From: Laetmonice hystrix
Taxonomy: Eukaryota
Direction of reading: 5' to 3'
Assembly: GCA_965235115.1 (NCBI GenBank)
Contig: OZ249436.1
Location: forward strand, 38,876,001-38,940,000
Length of the DNA: 64,000 bases
Shown here: piece by piece, positions 13,301 to 30,231 of the stretch
Layout: each line of letters begins with the position of its first letter
How positions within the stretch are numbered: the first letter of the stretch is position 1
Notes under the pieces: generated by a model
What the model was told of the DNA's origin: nothing
Databases searched by the model: none
Seen by the model: the letters and a program-made list of their open reading frames with translations, nothing else
Translations under genes and position numbers: made by a program

Positions 13301-16300
13301 CACTAGTAGGTGCTAAATTGTCCTTTACTGGCCTTGATTGCTTGGCCTCGTGTAGTATTCAGTACCTATCCTTCACCTCCATAACCATTGCTTTCTCTAG
13401 TGCCACGAGGTCGATCGACCAGATTTACGAAGCCTCCGTTTGTATCTTCACAAAGCACTCCCTCATTTGGACCCCAGGCTTGCAGAGACTTTCACTATCC
13501 GCTAACGATCATTTCAATCTGAACCACAGGTCCCGCCCAATAAAAGTGACGCTTTCCTTCAGTAACCTGACGCTCGTAGTCTTGTTTTGATTAATGAAAA
13601 TGTTCTCAGCTCACTCCTAATTTTACGGATCCAGTCTTCAATTAGGGCAAATATTTGGTGGGGTTAAATCCTTTTTATTTGCTTAGCGCAATAATCACCA
13701 CTGGAGCCCTTCAGCTAAATTAGCGATCAAGAAGGCTATTGAGCAAAGCCGGTGGCGTTTGATGACGTTTCATTAGGCGTGGGTTGATTCGGGCATTTAT
13801 AGAAGATGGTGCAGGTGAGAGTCAAGGATCGAGGGGGAGTGTTGATGATTGATGTCACAATTAGCGCCGGGAGCCGAGACCCACCCATACCGTCGCCATC
13901 CACACGACTCGCAGGCCGACCGTGATAACACGTTACAGGCTCCTCTCATGGGACTTCCACTTTGGACAACTTTGTCGATCACTACACCGCGGTAAATAGA
14001 CGTTTTGCTATCTTAATTAAGAGGGCGAGCGAATCTTTATAGAGCCAAGCCTCCCGAGGCGATATGATGGAGCGACCGCTTGGCCAGGAAGCCTCCATTT
14101 CAGACCACTGATTTCCTGCCTTCGCGAATTTGACTCTACCTGTGTATTCATTCTCTCATTGCTCACGGATGTTTGTTCACGGTGTTGTTTAGTCATTCCA
14201 CATGCGTTATTCCTCCCCTTGCTCTCAGATTATTTTCGAAAGCGATGCTATCATACGGTGGTAGATTACGCCCCAAGAATAATTCCATGACGCATCGAGT
14301 CTTAGACCAGACAGGCCGGATGACATCTCAAATATCGAGTAGAACGTCAGAAACTTCAAATACGGAGCTTTAATTCGTTTGATTGATTATATGATATGAC
14401 CTCTGACCTCTGCTATGACTGACACGTGTTGGCCTGGGTTTATTAAAATATAATACGAGTCCCTGCAATGGTCGGCATGCAAGTCTGTTAGCCATGTGGA
14501 GTCATGTACTACGCTTGTTTAAACAATGCTCACGTGCATGCGGAGTGTGGGACAAACAAGTACTCTTTCTCTCTCTCCGCTAAACCTGCCAGTTTTATCA
14601 TGGTGTGATTACATCTCTCTGTCTCAGGCGGATGACAGCTTTTGAGGGCAACATCCGCCTGTGTCGAGTGGCAAATCCTTTACTAACAAAAATAGATCAA
14701 CATAATATCTCATTTAATCCTCTCTCGAAACCAAACAAACTCGCCCTTGAAAGCATCTGATTCGTAGACTTCAGATGATTATATTGCGAGTGGTGATACT
14801 TTCTAATTCGAAAGTCAACATTGTGAAAATGATCTTGTGTTCCTCTTCAGTAACTGAGCGAGGCGCAGTCACAGACAACATATCTCTTCAGATATTATAG
14901 TTGATTGGAAACAAACATCACTCCTGCATGCTTATCATGATTTCACACATGTGAATGAATAAAGTTTTGTGCAATGATAGAAAGACTGTCAATAAATTAT
15001 TCCCTAATCACTGGCAAGATATGGGTGCATTTGCCCTTGCTCCCGGAAAACCATACAGAGTACCTGTATATAAGCTACTGTAGTGGCACTGTAATATATC
15101 ATATATATTATGATAACGAGCAATATCCAGAGCCACGCTGTGCTTTGTGTTTGTTGGACAGGAACTGCAAGTCTCCTTGAAAGTAGGTTATATATTATAA
15201 TGGCGGAAGATATCGCCAGTATAAATGTCCCCATCGAGTAGCTATAGACTATATACCCAGGATCCTTAGTTTGCTTCAGAAATATTGCGCTGTGATGTTA
15301 CTGCCACCACACTGTATGCTCCATAACTTTTTACACTTTTCATAAAAAAAATGACATGCTCTTCTATCAAACCATGCACGTGTGTAAACAAAGTCTCGCA
15401 GCGTCTCGTTGAAGCTCGTGATTACGATTGTCATTTCGAGGCGTTATAAGGTTGAAATCAGTGCCAGTTCTCACAAGGTTGTTAGCTTTGTCACTCTATC
15501 TACAGTAAATACACGCAAATTCTACACCGCCCGCCAGTAAAGCGTCAGACGGAGTTTATATCCGCAGCATTACACCTAAATCCCGCAATATCCTTTCTTA
15601 TCGAGCTGCATCAGCAGTGGGCCGCAATAATTTCGCGGAATATATCGGGCGACAGTGGGCTCCGAACACACGGCCCAGTCCAGGAAATCCCAATATCGAC
15701 GAAATAAAGGGCACTATTAGTATTCCCAGATTAGATGCGCACGTGAGATACGCCAGGAGCCGTCCGAATTTCCTATTGAAAATTGTTCGGCCAGGATATG
15801 AGGCTGGGGGATCGGGTTGCCTGCCGCAGTGGGCTCAGCCATTGATATGAAGCATACGGGACTCGAGTAGTGTTCGCCGGCGGCCGGCTCTCATCGCAGC
15901 GGATTACGGACACATCGTCTGCTAAAACCCCGCGAAGAGAATTTCAATAAAAACTAATCATGCCGATATTTAACTAATATTTTGGGATTGCGATGAGATC
16001 TGGAGGGACAGAACGCCTAGACAGTCTGGCGGAAGTTGGCAGGATTCGGCGTGGTGCGCGCATCGCAGAGCGACTTCTGGATGCCGCCACGTCAAACAGT
16101 GCGGACGAAATCCCGCAATTACCAAAGCCAACCCTCTAAAGGTGTAGGGTTTAATTTCACCGCACAGTCCATCCGACTTCGCTGATCGCTTCGTGATCAA
16201 CAGCAACAAAGCGGTGTCGAAAAGTAAAATAAATAAACGCGGGCATAATGCTTGGAATTAGCCGTTTGTGCCCATGTGCTCAGCGGCTCTGATCCTGAGG

Positions 16301-16495
16301 GCCCCGTGGTCCCTAAGTTAAGTGGTAGAAAAATACCTCTTGGCGCTCGCGTCAGGACCAATCGAGCAGCCCCACGTGTGGGGCGTATTGAAAAGCAGAT
16401 CACACGCCACGCCTTTATACAGTGAATGGTGACGGGAGTTGGCAGCACACTCCATCTCGTCCTCTTCCAGTCTGGTCCCGACAGTCGGCGCTAAC

Positions 16496-16577
16496 ATGCA
16501 GCACGTCACGGCATTCCTTCTCACCTCCCAGGACAGAGAGCGATTCGGAAAACTCACTCGGCAGGTATCGGCAATCC
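16496..16577 (+). CDS. Candidate alternative upstream first coding exon (MQHVTAFLLTSQDRERFGKLTRQVSAI)
   Basis: AACATG start context, 27 open codons plus 1 nt, then a GTAAGT donor in phase 1, compatible with the Pitx exon 2 acceptors. No transcript evidence is available. Confidence 0.3.
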
Positions 16578-17721
16578 GTAAGTAAAGTTGTTGTGTCGCT
16601 ACTATATGCCGAGATTGGTTAAGTTATAAATGATCATTAACCTATGGAAGAATAATGTTGGGGCATAGAGCAATCTGCGCGGATATGGAGGAGTGTGTGT
16701 GACTTCCATTTAAATAAACGGTTTTCTAAATGGGGTTCCTGGGCATTTGAGGTTTAAAAACGATTTAAAGTGTTCAGGTTTATATATAAAAATGTCAGTA
16801 CCTAGGGTGAAATATTGTTTTCATATACCACATCGCCTTATCGACGTTCGATTACAAAGAGAGCCCAGACCATGCGTATAAACTTCAGGTATAGATTCTA
16901 TAGGCCTACATGTACAGAGTGATCAATGCTCAGTGACATACAGTAGGCCCATCTGTAATTGTTAGGTTTAACGGACTACAACCACTTCTTATGCGTGCAC
17001 GCTGCGTCCGTGTGCGTGGGTGTACGTATAGTCGTTCCATACACACTGACTGTACGCGAAAGAAAAGCTAATTTCTACGGAGAACTTTCAGTCTGTCATC
17101 TACTTTTTCATATTTCAAGCGTTTCAAGCTTATTTTTGCTGCATCGAGCCAACGCCATCTAGCCCGAGTCATTCTCTAATCCACATCATCGATATAAAGT
17201 TAACTTTACTCGAGAAAAATCATGTCAAGGAATTCTGCGAGCGGATCCTTGAAGACGTTGATACCCCTACAGTGTGGAGACGGAGCCCACTCAATCGGTT
17301 CGGAGGTTGGGGGCACGGCTTGCCGATAGGTGGCGCCTTGATCGGGCCCTTGTGGCCGTCGCGCCAATCGTACGTCGTTAGGTGATCCCGTGCGGGATAG
17401 CTGATTGCCGGTAACAAGTGAGTTTGATAACACCGACCGTGTTTGATACGGAGGGACTGTCTGAAGGCTAGGGAGATTAAACCAAATAGTCGACGCTTTC
17501 AGCACTGTTCATGGCCAAAATCAACGCCCCCCCCTACCTGTGAGACAAGGACGTCAAGCTCTCTGTCTGCCGCTCCTGGCCTTGGCTCAGTCGGCAAATA
17601 TCGGCAAACTGTCAATACATACACATAATCTTCTTTTATAGGAATTGTCCGGGGGGGGGGGGGTTATCTCCCGTGGTTGGGGACGACAGTTAGAAATTTG
17701 ATTGAATTCGGCTACCGTTAA

Positions 17722-18059
17722 AGGTGCTATTCGTGAAAAAAAACTTTTTTTTTATTTTTAATTTTGTTGACGTTTATGTGATCCCACCTATCATGGAAAT
17801 AGATTCACAACAAAGGAAATCAAAATTTTTCATGGATAACGGCACAAATAGGGCTCTCTCAGAAGGCCTGTGGAGACCCTGACACGCCCCACCATAGGAA
17901 ATGGCTCTATCTCGGTGCGCACCGAGATAGGTTTCAAATGCTGCACACAAACTAATAGAAGGTTTATCAGGCCAATGGTATCGGTAGGAATTTTTTCTAG
18001 TACTATGTGCACAATGTATGATAGGAGAAATGCCATTCTGTGCGAGACGAATAGCACCT
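17722..18059. mobile_element. Non-autonomous TTAA-target DNA transposon (Kolobok-like)
   Basis: 13-bp TIRs AGGTGCTATTCGT / ACGAATAGCACCT flanked by TTAA at 17718-17721 and 18060-18063. AG termini with a TTAA target fit Kolobok better than piggyBac. Confidence 0.8.
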
Positions 18060-18160
18060 TTAAGAAAGATTTGACACACGATTGTATTGTACCTCGACGT
18101 GATGCATAGAATCTACTACGATTTCGAGAATTTGTAGTGGTATACATTACACAGTAACTA

Positions 18161-18653
18161 CTCTTCATGCCCAACATGTATGTTGACACTCTTCATGCCC
18201 AACATGTATGTTGACACTCTTCATGCCCAACATGTATGTTGACACTCTTCATGCCCAACATGTATGTTGACACTCTTCATGCCCAACATGTATGTTGACA
18301 CTCTTCATGCCCAACATGTATGTTGACACTCTTCATGCCCAACATGTATGTTGACACTCTTCATGCCCAACATGTATGTTGACACTCTGCATGCCCAACA
18401 TGTATGTTGACACTCTGCATGCCCAACATGTATGTTGACACTCTGCATGCCCAACATGTATGTTGACACTCTGCATGCCCAACATGTATGTTGACACTCT
18501 GCATGCCCAACATGTATGTTGACACTCTGCATGCCCAACATGTATGTTGACACTCTTCATGCCCAACATGTATGTTGACACTCTTCATGCCCAACATGTA
18601 TGTTGACACTCTGCATGCCCAACATGTATGTTGACACTTTGCATGCCCAACAT
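18161..18653. repeat. 28-bp minisatellite, about 17.5 copies
   Basis: Unit CTCT(T/G)CATGCCCAACATGTATGTTGACA, head to tail with no spacers. Confidence 0.97.
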
Positions 18654-19597
18654 GGCACATACCTGTACAGCGTATGATAATTTTACTTGTTTCATTATGG
18701 CTATAACATTGAAACGTATTTAACGTTTGACATTTTGACAGCAACATCTTTCATCTTCTATAGACTCTATAACACATGGTTTTACGCATCAGGGGAGTTC
18801 TAAATTTATATTGTTGTGGGCGGGAAAACTCGCTTGGAAGTCATTAGATAGTAGCTCAGGTGTTTGGTAGTCATCAAGTGTGCAGATTAAAAAAAAACTG
18901 ATTTATGTTCGTCCATCTGATCTCAGGCATGATACTAAAGGGACAAAGAAATGATATCCATCAATTATAAATACAACTGGAAGCGTCTACATACACATTC
19001 TGGTTGTGGCCTTAAAATTACTTCCAATTCTGTCCGACGTATAAAGTAAATGTGTACAAACACAAACACATTTGCGTTGCCTCCCAAAATCAGATAAAAC
19101 CGATATAATTATTTCTGAGGTTACATGTCTTTGTCAAACCAAATTCCAACATACCAACGTTTTCGTATACATTAGAACGACAATTGAGACACCATACATG
19201 GTTGTTTTGGGAGATACGTATGTCGGCCTAATATAATCTGTGCCCTTTAGGGCATTTATTAGATTTAGGCCTGCATACCACAAACACATGTGTACCTCTT
19301 CAATATGTCAACAAATACCTGACTATCTGAAAACACGAACTCTTACATTCTCAGGAACACGAAAGCTGACCCTAGTACATCCCTGACACATACATGGAGG
19401 TATATGCTAATATCTCGCCCCGCCGGGGACCAGGGGCAGGGTAAACCTTAATATTCGTAACAGGCGAGGAATGGGGCGAGGGTTGGTTGTAGTGGTTGTG
19501 CATGCGTCGGATTGCGCAATCACTATACAGCACAGATAGGGTTGAATCCTTCCACTACCATTTCTCTCATTGCGCCTCCAGAGTTCTTCGCAACTGC

Positions 19598-19728
19598 AAC
19601 AACAGGCTTCCGCGTGCATGTGCAGCGTGTCTATTTATGTAACAACAGGCGTCCGAATGCATGTGCAGCCACCTATGTATGTAACAACAGGCGTCCGCGT
19701 GCATGTGCAGCGTGTTTATTTATAACAA
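19598..19728. repeat. Short degenerate tandem repeat (about 42 bp, 3 copies)
   Basis: AACAACAGGCGTCCGCGTGCATGTGCAGC recurs three times with variants. Confidence 0.75.
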
Positions 19729-19780
19729 CTCAATCAGACCGTTTCCTGTTGTGACTATGAATTTGTTGCCGTGTTTCCTA

Positions 19781-21020
19781 GACCTATATATCCTAAACTT
19801 ATTGGCACGAGAGTGACTCTGAATATGTGGCCGAGGTTCCTATGAACGTATTGCCATGAGAATGATTCTGAATGTGTTGTCGAGGTTCCTATATCCTAAA
19901 CTTATTGACACGAGAGTGACCTGAATCTGTTGTCGAGGTTCCTATATCCTAAACTTATTGGCACGAGAGTGACTCTGAATCTGTTGTCGAGGTTCCTATA
20001 TCCTAAACTTATTGACACGAGAGTGACTCTGAATCTGTTGTCGAGGTTCCTATATCCTAAACTTATTGACACGAGAGGGACTCTGAATCTGTTGTCGAGG
20101 TTCCTATATCCTAAACTTATTGACACGATAGTGACTCTGAATCTGTTGTCGAGGTTCCTATATCCTAAACTTATTGGCACGAGAGTGACTCTGAATCTTT
20201 TGCAGAGGTTCCTATATCCTAAACTTATTGACACGAGAGTGACTCTGAATCTGTTGTCGAGGTTCCTATATCCTAAACTTATTGACACGAGAGTGACTCT
20301 GAATCTGTTGTCGAGGTTCCTATATCCTAAACTTATTGACACGAGAGTGACTCTGAATCTGTTGTCGAGGTTCCTATATCCTAAACTTATTGGCACGAGA
20401 GTGACTCTGAATCTTTTGCAGAGGTTCCTATATCCTAAACTTATTGACACGAGAGTGACTCTGAATCTGTTGTCGAGGTTCCTATATCCTAAACTTATTG
20501 ACACGAGAGTGACCTGAATCTGTTGTCCAGGTTCCTATATCCTAAACTTATTGACACGATAGTGACTCTGAATCTGTTGTCGAGGTTCCTATATCCTAAA
20601 CTTATTGACACGAGAGTGACTCTGAATCTGTTGTCGAGGTTCCTATATATCCTAAACTTATTGACACGAGAGTGACCTGAATCTGTTGTCCAGGTTCCTG
20701 TATCCTAAACCTATTGACACGAGAGTGACCTGAATCTGTTGTCGAGTTTCCTATATCCTAAACTTATTGACACGAGAGTGACCTGAATCTGTTGTCCAGG
20801 TTCCTGTATCCTAAACTTATTGACACGACAGTGACTCTGAATCTGTTGTCGAGGTTCCTATATATCCTAAACCTATTGACACGAGAGTGACCCTGAATCT
20901 GTTGTCGAGGTTCCTATATCCTAAATTTATTGACACGAGAGTGAACTAAATCTGTTGTCGAGTTTTCTATATGTAAACTTATTGGCATGAGAGTGACTTT
21001 GAATCTGGTGTCGAGTTTCC
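19781..21020. repeat. 54-bp minisatellite, array 1 (about 23 copies)
   Basis: Unit GTTCCTATATCCTAAACTTATTGACACGAGAGTGACTCTGAATCTGTTGTCGAG with 52- and 56-bp indel variants. Confidence 0.97.
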
Positions 21021-21040
21021 ATGCTTCCATCATGTGTTTT

Positions 21041-21689
21041 AAAACAAACTCACCAACCACTGGGCTTAGTTCACTGGAGCGTACACGGAACCGTCAAGTG
21101 GTATAGTTTACGTGAGAGCACGTTTACTGTATATAACAATAGGATATACTGTTACAGTAAAACAGGGAGAAGGCCTCCTTAAAGCTGATTCCAGACGTCT
21201 CAGTTGACAATGTCGGCTGATTAGATCGGCCCATCTTTAACCTAAGTCCACAACTATATCGGCATAAAGAAGACTGAATTGAATATGGTGATGATCAAAC
21301 ACTTACACAGAGCCTTTGGGTCGATACGGGCAGCTGAAAGCGTACTAATTACTACTTAACAAAACCTTCCGCCGTTCAGTCTTTCATTTCTTGATGATAT
21401 CGGTTTGTTTACTTAGCTTGGTCTCCATAGAATTCGGGATTTTTCTTGATGTTGTATGAAAGATATTCTATAAACGTGTACAGCTTCGAGTTAACATGTA
21501 ATTAGATTAATCTATAACCCGCACGTCGCATAGCACACAGAACAACTTTTCTTTCATGATTTACCGATATTACATGTATGGGATTTTTTCTTTCTTGTAC
21601 ATTTCTGTTTATTCTTCTTCAATATGGACCAGCAAACGAGTATTCCGAGCAAAAAATAACTCCTATGGATTTCAGACGAGTTGCAGCCT
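21041..21689. repeat. About 650-bp duplicated segment, copy 1 (copy 2 lies in Pitx-A intron 1)
   Basis: Direct match to 27538-28180, running AAAACAAACTCACCAACCACTGGG...GACGAGTTGCAGCCT. Confidence 0.95.
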
Positions 21690-23022
21690 CCTAAACTTAT
21701 TGACACGAGAGTGACTCTGAATCTGTTGTCGAGGTTCCTATATCCTAAACTTATTGACACGAGAGTGACCTGAATCTGTTGTCCAGGTTCCTATATATCC
21801 TAAACTTATTGACACGAGAGTGACTCTGAATCTGTTGTCGAGGTTCCTATATCCTAAACTTATTGACACGAGAGTGACCTGAATCTTTTGTCGAGGTTCC
21901 TATATCCTAAACTTATTGACACGAGAGTGACTCTGAATCTGTTGTCCAGGTTCCTGTATCCTAAACTTATTGACACGAGAGTGACCTGAATCTGTTGTCG
22001 AGGTTCCTATATCCTAAACTTATTGACACGAGAGTGACCTGAATCTGTTGTCCAGGTTCCTGTATCCTAAACTTATTGACACGAGAGTGACCTGAATCTG
22101 TTGTCGAGGTTCCTATATCCTAAACTTATTGACACGAGAGGGACTCTGAATCTGTTGTCGAGGTTCCTATATCCTAAACTTATTGACACGATAGTGACTC
22201 TGAATCTGTTGTCCAGGTTCCTGTATCCTAAACTTATTGACACGAGAGTGACCTGAATCTGTTGTCGAGGTTCCTATATCCTAAACTTATTGACACGAGA
22301 GTGACTCTGAATCTGTTGTCGAGGTTCCTATATCCTAAACTTATTGACACGAGAGTGACCTGAATTTGTTGTCGAGTTTCCTATATCCTAAACTTATTGA
22401 CATGAGAGTGACCTGAATCTGTTGTCGAGTTTCCTATATCCTAAACTTATTGACACGAGAGTGACTCTGAATCTGTTGTCGAGGTTCCTATATCCTAAAC
22501 TTATTGACACGAGAGTGACCTGAATCTGTTGTCGAGTTTCCTATATCCTAAACTTATTGACACGAGAGTGACCTGAATCCGTTGTCGAGTTTCCTATATC
22601 CTAAACTTATTGACACGAGAGTGACCTGAATCTGTTGTCGAGGTTCCTATATCCTAAACTTATTGACACGAGAGTGACTCTGAATCTGTTGTCGAGGTTC
22701 CTATATCCTAAACTTATTGGCATGAGAGTGACTCTGAATCTGTTGTCGAGGTTCCTATATCCTAAGCTTATTGACACGAGAGTGACTCTGAATCTGTTGT
22801 TGAGTTTCCTATATCCTAAACTTATTGACACGAGAGTGACCTGAATCTGTTGTCGAGGTTCCTATATCCTAAACTTATTGGCATGAGAGTGACTCTGAAT
22901 CTGTTGTCGAGGTTCCTATATCCTAAGCTTATTGACACGAGAGTGACTCTGAATCTGTTGTTGAGTTTCCTATCCTAAACTTATTGGAATGAGTGTGACT
23001 TTGAATCTGGTGTCGAGTTTCC
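21689..23022. repeat. 54-bp minisatellite, array 2 (about 25 copies)
   Basis: Same unit as array 1; ends in the same terminal flank as array 1. Confidence 0.97.
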
Positions 23023-23912
23023 ATGCTTCCATCATGTGTTTTAAAACAAACTTTAATCTTTGCAAAGTAAAGTTCTCAGTAGAAGTGGTGTTACCAAAAT
23101 AGCAGAGACTTCGATTATCTGTGTAAGTGTGCGATGTTGTATGACTTTGATGGGTGTAAAACCTGCCACGCCTATCCAAACGCCGCTTCGATCTCGCTCA
23201 AAGAAGGGAATAAACCATCCAGATCAAACCGAATCAGCGGCGGCTTTTTTATCGGATGAATATCGTATAAAACAATTTAATGTTTGGCTACCTATGTTAT
23301 CCTGTTGAAAGCCGGCTCTGAGCGCGGACCAAAGCCGGAGGCAGGCGGCGGGGCGGTGCCGCCGGGGCCGGGGGTAATGCCCGGCCCGGTCTGGCGCGTG
23401 TGCACCTAATATCGCCCATCCTGATCGGCGGCACAATCGCGCGCGATCTCGTTTGATCTGCGATTCATCTTGCTTCATCTATGCATGATGCCATCGTCTG
23501 CGGCGATGATGACAATTATGGAGTGGCGACCGACGTTTGATTGCAGACTAAGAGCGTATAATTGAGTGTTTGCCGTGATACCTGGCTAAATCTCAGTTAT
23601 CGACGCAGCTATCTGGGAGGTAGCCAACGTCAGTGGCCCGGATCTCAGTTCGATCCGCGAGCAATCCTCATGTAATGACGCCGCTGATGTGGCGGGCACA
23701 CGCGCTGGTTTGAAGTCCTTCACGCTGCCGATGGCATCACATGTCCATCGACTGGCAGGCGATGGAGGCAAACGGTGATTTTCGTGGACTGCTTTTAGAT
23801 TAGGTTCAGGGATATTATTAAAAGGTTAAGACCCCCGCTCGGCCCCGGAAAGACTTTTCAATACAGTAGCATTCTGTGATATGTTCACCTTTTGCCCACC
23901 TGATCTCACAGT

Positions 23913-23915
<3 letters not shown>

Positions 23916-23958
<43 letters not shown>
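23916..23958. repeat. (GA)n microsatellite
   Basis: Direct reading of the sequence. Confidence 0.95.
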
Positions 23959-23961
<3 letters not shown>

Positions 23962-25981
23962 GGGAGGAGAGAGGGATGTTCTTTTTTTTTATATTTCCAG
24001 CGATGTTACTATTGACAAAGTATGCAATTTGAAAAAATGAAAGCATAATTTCATGTTATTTTTCATTGGCTCTTGAAAAGCATGCATGTTTCTTGATCAG
24101 CAAGTGATAGCTTATTTGGTGGAAAATCGTGTTTCTTTCAACTTTTCAAGGTTTATATCATCACACCATGCAGTGAAAGTGCCGTTTTAATTGACTTTAA
24201 GTATTTTAAGATAAAAAAGTGAATTATGTAATAAAAAAAAAATTACTCGTCATTCTATTTCACCTGATTATAAAATATGAAATTATACCCATATGAAGAC
24301 ATGAATACACCATGAAAGGGTGCCTTGTCCTTGCTGTGTGATGCACTCTTTCGTCACCAGATGGCAGGGCGGGCGCTCCACCTCGTCATGTACAACCGGC
24401 TCGCCGTGCCTGTAATAACAGGCCATCGCTCTGTCTCCCAACATTGATACACGATCCAGAGCCGAATCGAGGCAGCATGCTAGATCGTCGAAATGTATGA
24501 TCGTTGCCCGCCTCCAATATTAAGGACCCTTACTTGTCAACCCACAGCTTTGACTTAACACTGCGCAGTTCTTCCCCTCTAAGCTAAAAGCACAACCTTA
24601 TACAAATTATCATCTCGGCCCTAATCCACCGGCATCAAGGCAGCCGGCTGCGGCTTCTGAAGAAATATAACATTGTCTTCCACGGCTCAAGGGGGATCAA
24701 GGGCAGCGCAATGCTTCCAAATTGAGTTTCGGCTGCCAGCTAATCGAACGCTGCAGGATTGCAAATTAATAGAAATAAAGTGGCATTTTGTCGTGGGGGT
24801 CGCCTATAAATGAGCTTTTCATAATGTAGAGAAATCAAAATGGAAGGCTCAATGATAACAAATTAGCTTCCGTCGGCCCTTGTGAATTTTTCGTGTCTAA
24901 TATGGCGATGCGTTACACCGCCTATTTTAATAAACTCTGTATAAAACGTGAATTGTGCTCGTAGACCTGTCGCTCTATATTTTTATTCTTATATTTAACC
25001 AGATTTGATCGTGAATGCCTAATAAACTAGTTTGCCAACTGTATAATTTGAATTGATGGAGCGATGTCGCCTGATACAAATCCCCAACTCCATTCTATAT
25101 ACTACTTACGAGCTAGCCCCCGCTGAGAGCCGCCTAAAGATTGCGACTATAGCGGGTCTTTAGGAATGGATTTTATCAGGGAGAAAAACGCCCACCTGGG
25201 CTGTTACATCGCTATACTTAAAGGACAGAGGGTATATATGATACATCAAACATTTATACACTATACAATGGAGATACTCTGTACGGAATTAAAGGGTGTT
25301 TTAGCGAGAAGGTTTCTCCGCACGTGGGTATAAAACCAAGTCGATCTGATTCGCCAGTTGTTTCCAGAGTACGGAGGTGTCCAGCCACAATGTTGATCTG
25401 TGAGGAGTGCGTGGCTCATTAGAATAAACAATGTGGCTGAACCTTGTGCGGGCGGGCGGTGGTAGCACCCATGGCGGGGCAGTGTGTGTGTGTGTGGGGG
25501 GGGGGACTGCACGGCCTGGCCAGCCCCCACCCCCACTCCCACCCCACCCCACGGCTCCCTGTACCACGTGGTCGGGGGGGGGGCGGACCACGCCCGATGG
25601 CGCGCTCCTAATAAAACAACAGCTCGGCGGTGGCGGCGCGCAGCTCCACACAAGTCGGTCCACTCCACAACATCCCGTAACCCACCAGTATATAGAGGCC
25701 CGCCAGGATTTGGGCGATTTGGGAGCGTTGTGGGGATTATAGTGCCAGCAGTGCCGTGAGCCCCAGCGTACGGCAGAGGTAGGCGTGACGGCAACGACTG
25801 TGACACTGGCGGCGATCGTCACCGACACCAACCGCTGACGGATACAGGACCAGGTTATATTTATATACAACTCTCGACGGCTGTCGAGTTCAGCCCCCGG
25901 AAAGCTATACCACTCTTTGGGAGGGGGGTATTTGGTGACGATCTTCCTCTACATACATACCCCCCTCTGATACATACATAG

Positions 25982-29626
<3,645 letters not shown>

Positions 29627-29790
29627 GATAAGAATTATTGAGGTATAATGCATAGTGACAGACCATGTACATGTATAATAGCAGAACCCTGTCTATGTTG
29701 ATATTATCGGGCCTATAGCGTCTGGTCCTTTTTTGTAAGTGAACAAACAAGTCAAGGAAAAGATCTAGAATATAAACAGATAGAGAAGGC

Positions 29791-30231
29791 ATCAAACCAT
29801 GCATGTATAGAATCAATTCATGAAATTATTGTGTAAGGAAAACAAGCCATTATGAGAATCTTCTAGTGTTACATGGGTATCAAACCATGCATGTATAGAA
29901 TCAATTCATGAAATTATTGTGTAAGGAAAACGAGCCATTATGAGAATCTTCTGGTGTTACATGGGTATCAAACCATGCATGTATAGAATCAATTCATGAA
30001 ATTATTGTGTAAGGAAAACAAGCCATTATGAGAATCTTCTGGTGTTACATGGGTATCAAACCATGCATGTATAGAATCAATTCATGAAATTATTGTGTAA
30101 GGAAAACAAGCCATTATGAGAACCTTCTACGTGGTTACATGGGTATCAAACCATGCATGTATAGAATCAATTCATGAAATTATTGTGTAAGGAAAACGAG
30201 CCATTATGAGAATCTTCTACGTGGTTACATG
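29791..30231. repeat. 88-90-bp tandem repeat, 5 copies, just downstream of the Pitx-A stop
   Basis: Unit starts ATCAAACCATGCATGTATAGAATC at 29791, 29879, 29967, 30055 and 30145. Confidence 0.97.

Noticed and set aside
13003..13590. 195-aa ORF
   Set aside because: Non-ATG start, no domain, no supporting splice structure; it may be old repeat debris.
19902..20517. Repeat-protein ORFs on both strands (also at 18305-18747, 22607-22844 and 26484-27111)
   Set aside because: They are translations of minisatellites, open on both strands or in several frames, and broken by unit indels.
18161..23022. 28-bp and 54-bp repeat arrays as CRISPR arrays
   Set aside because: Units are head to tail with no unique spacers, there are no cas genes, and the context is intron-containing animal DNA.
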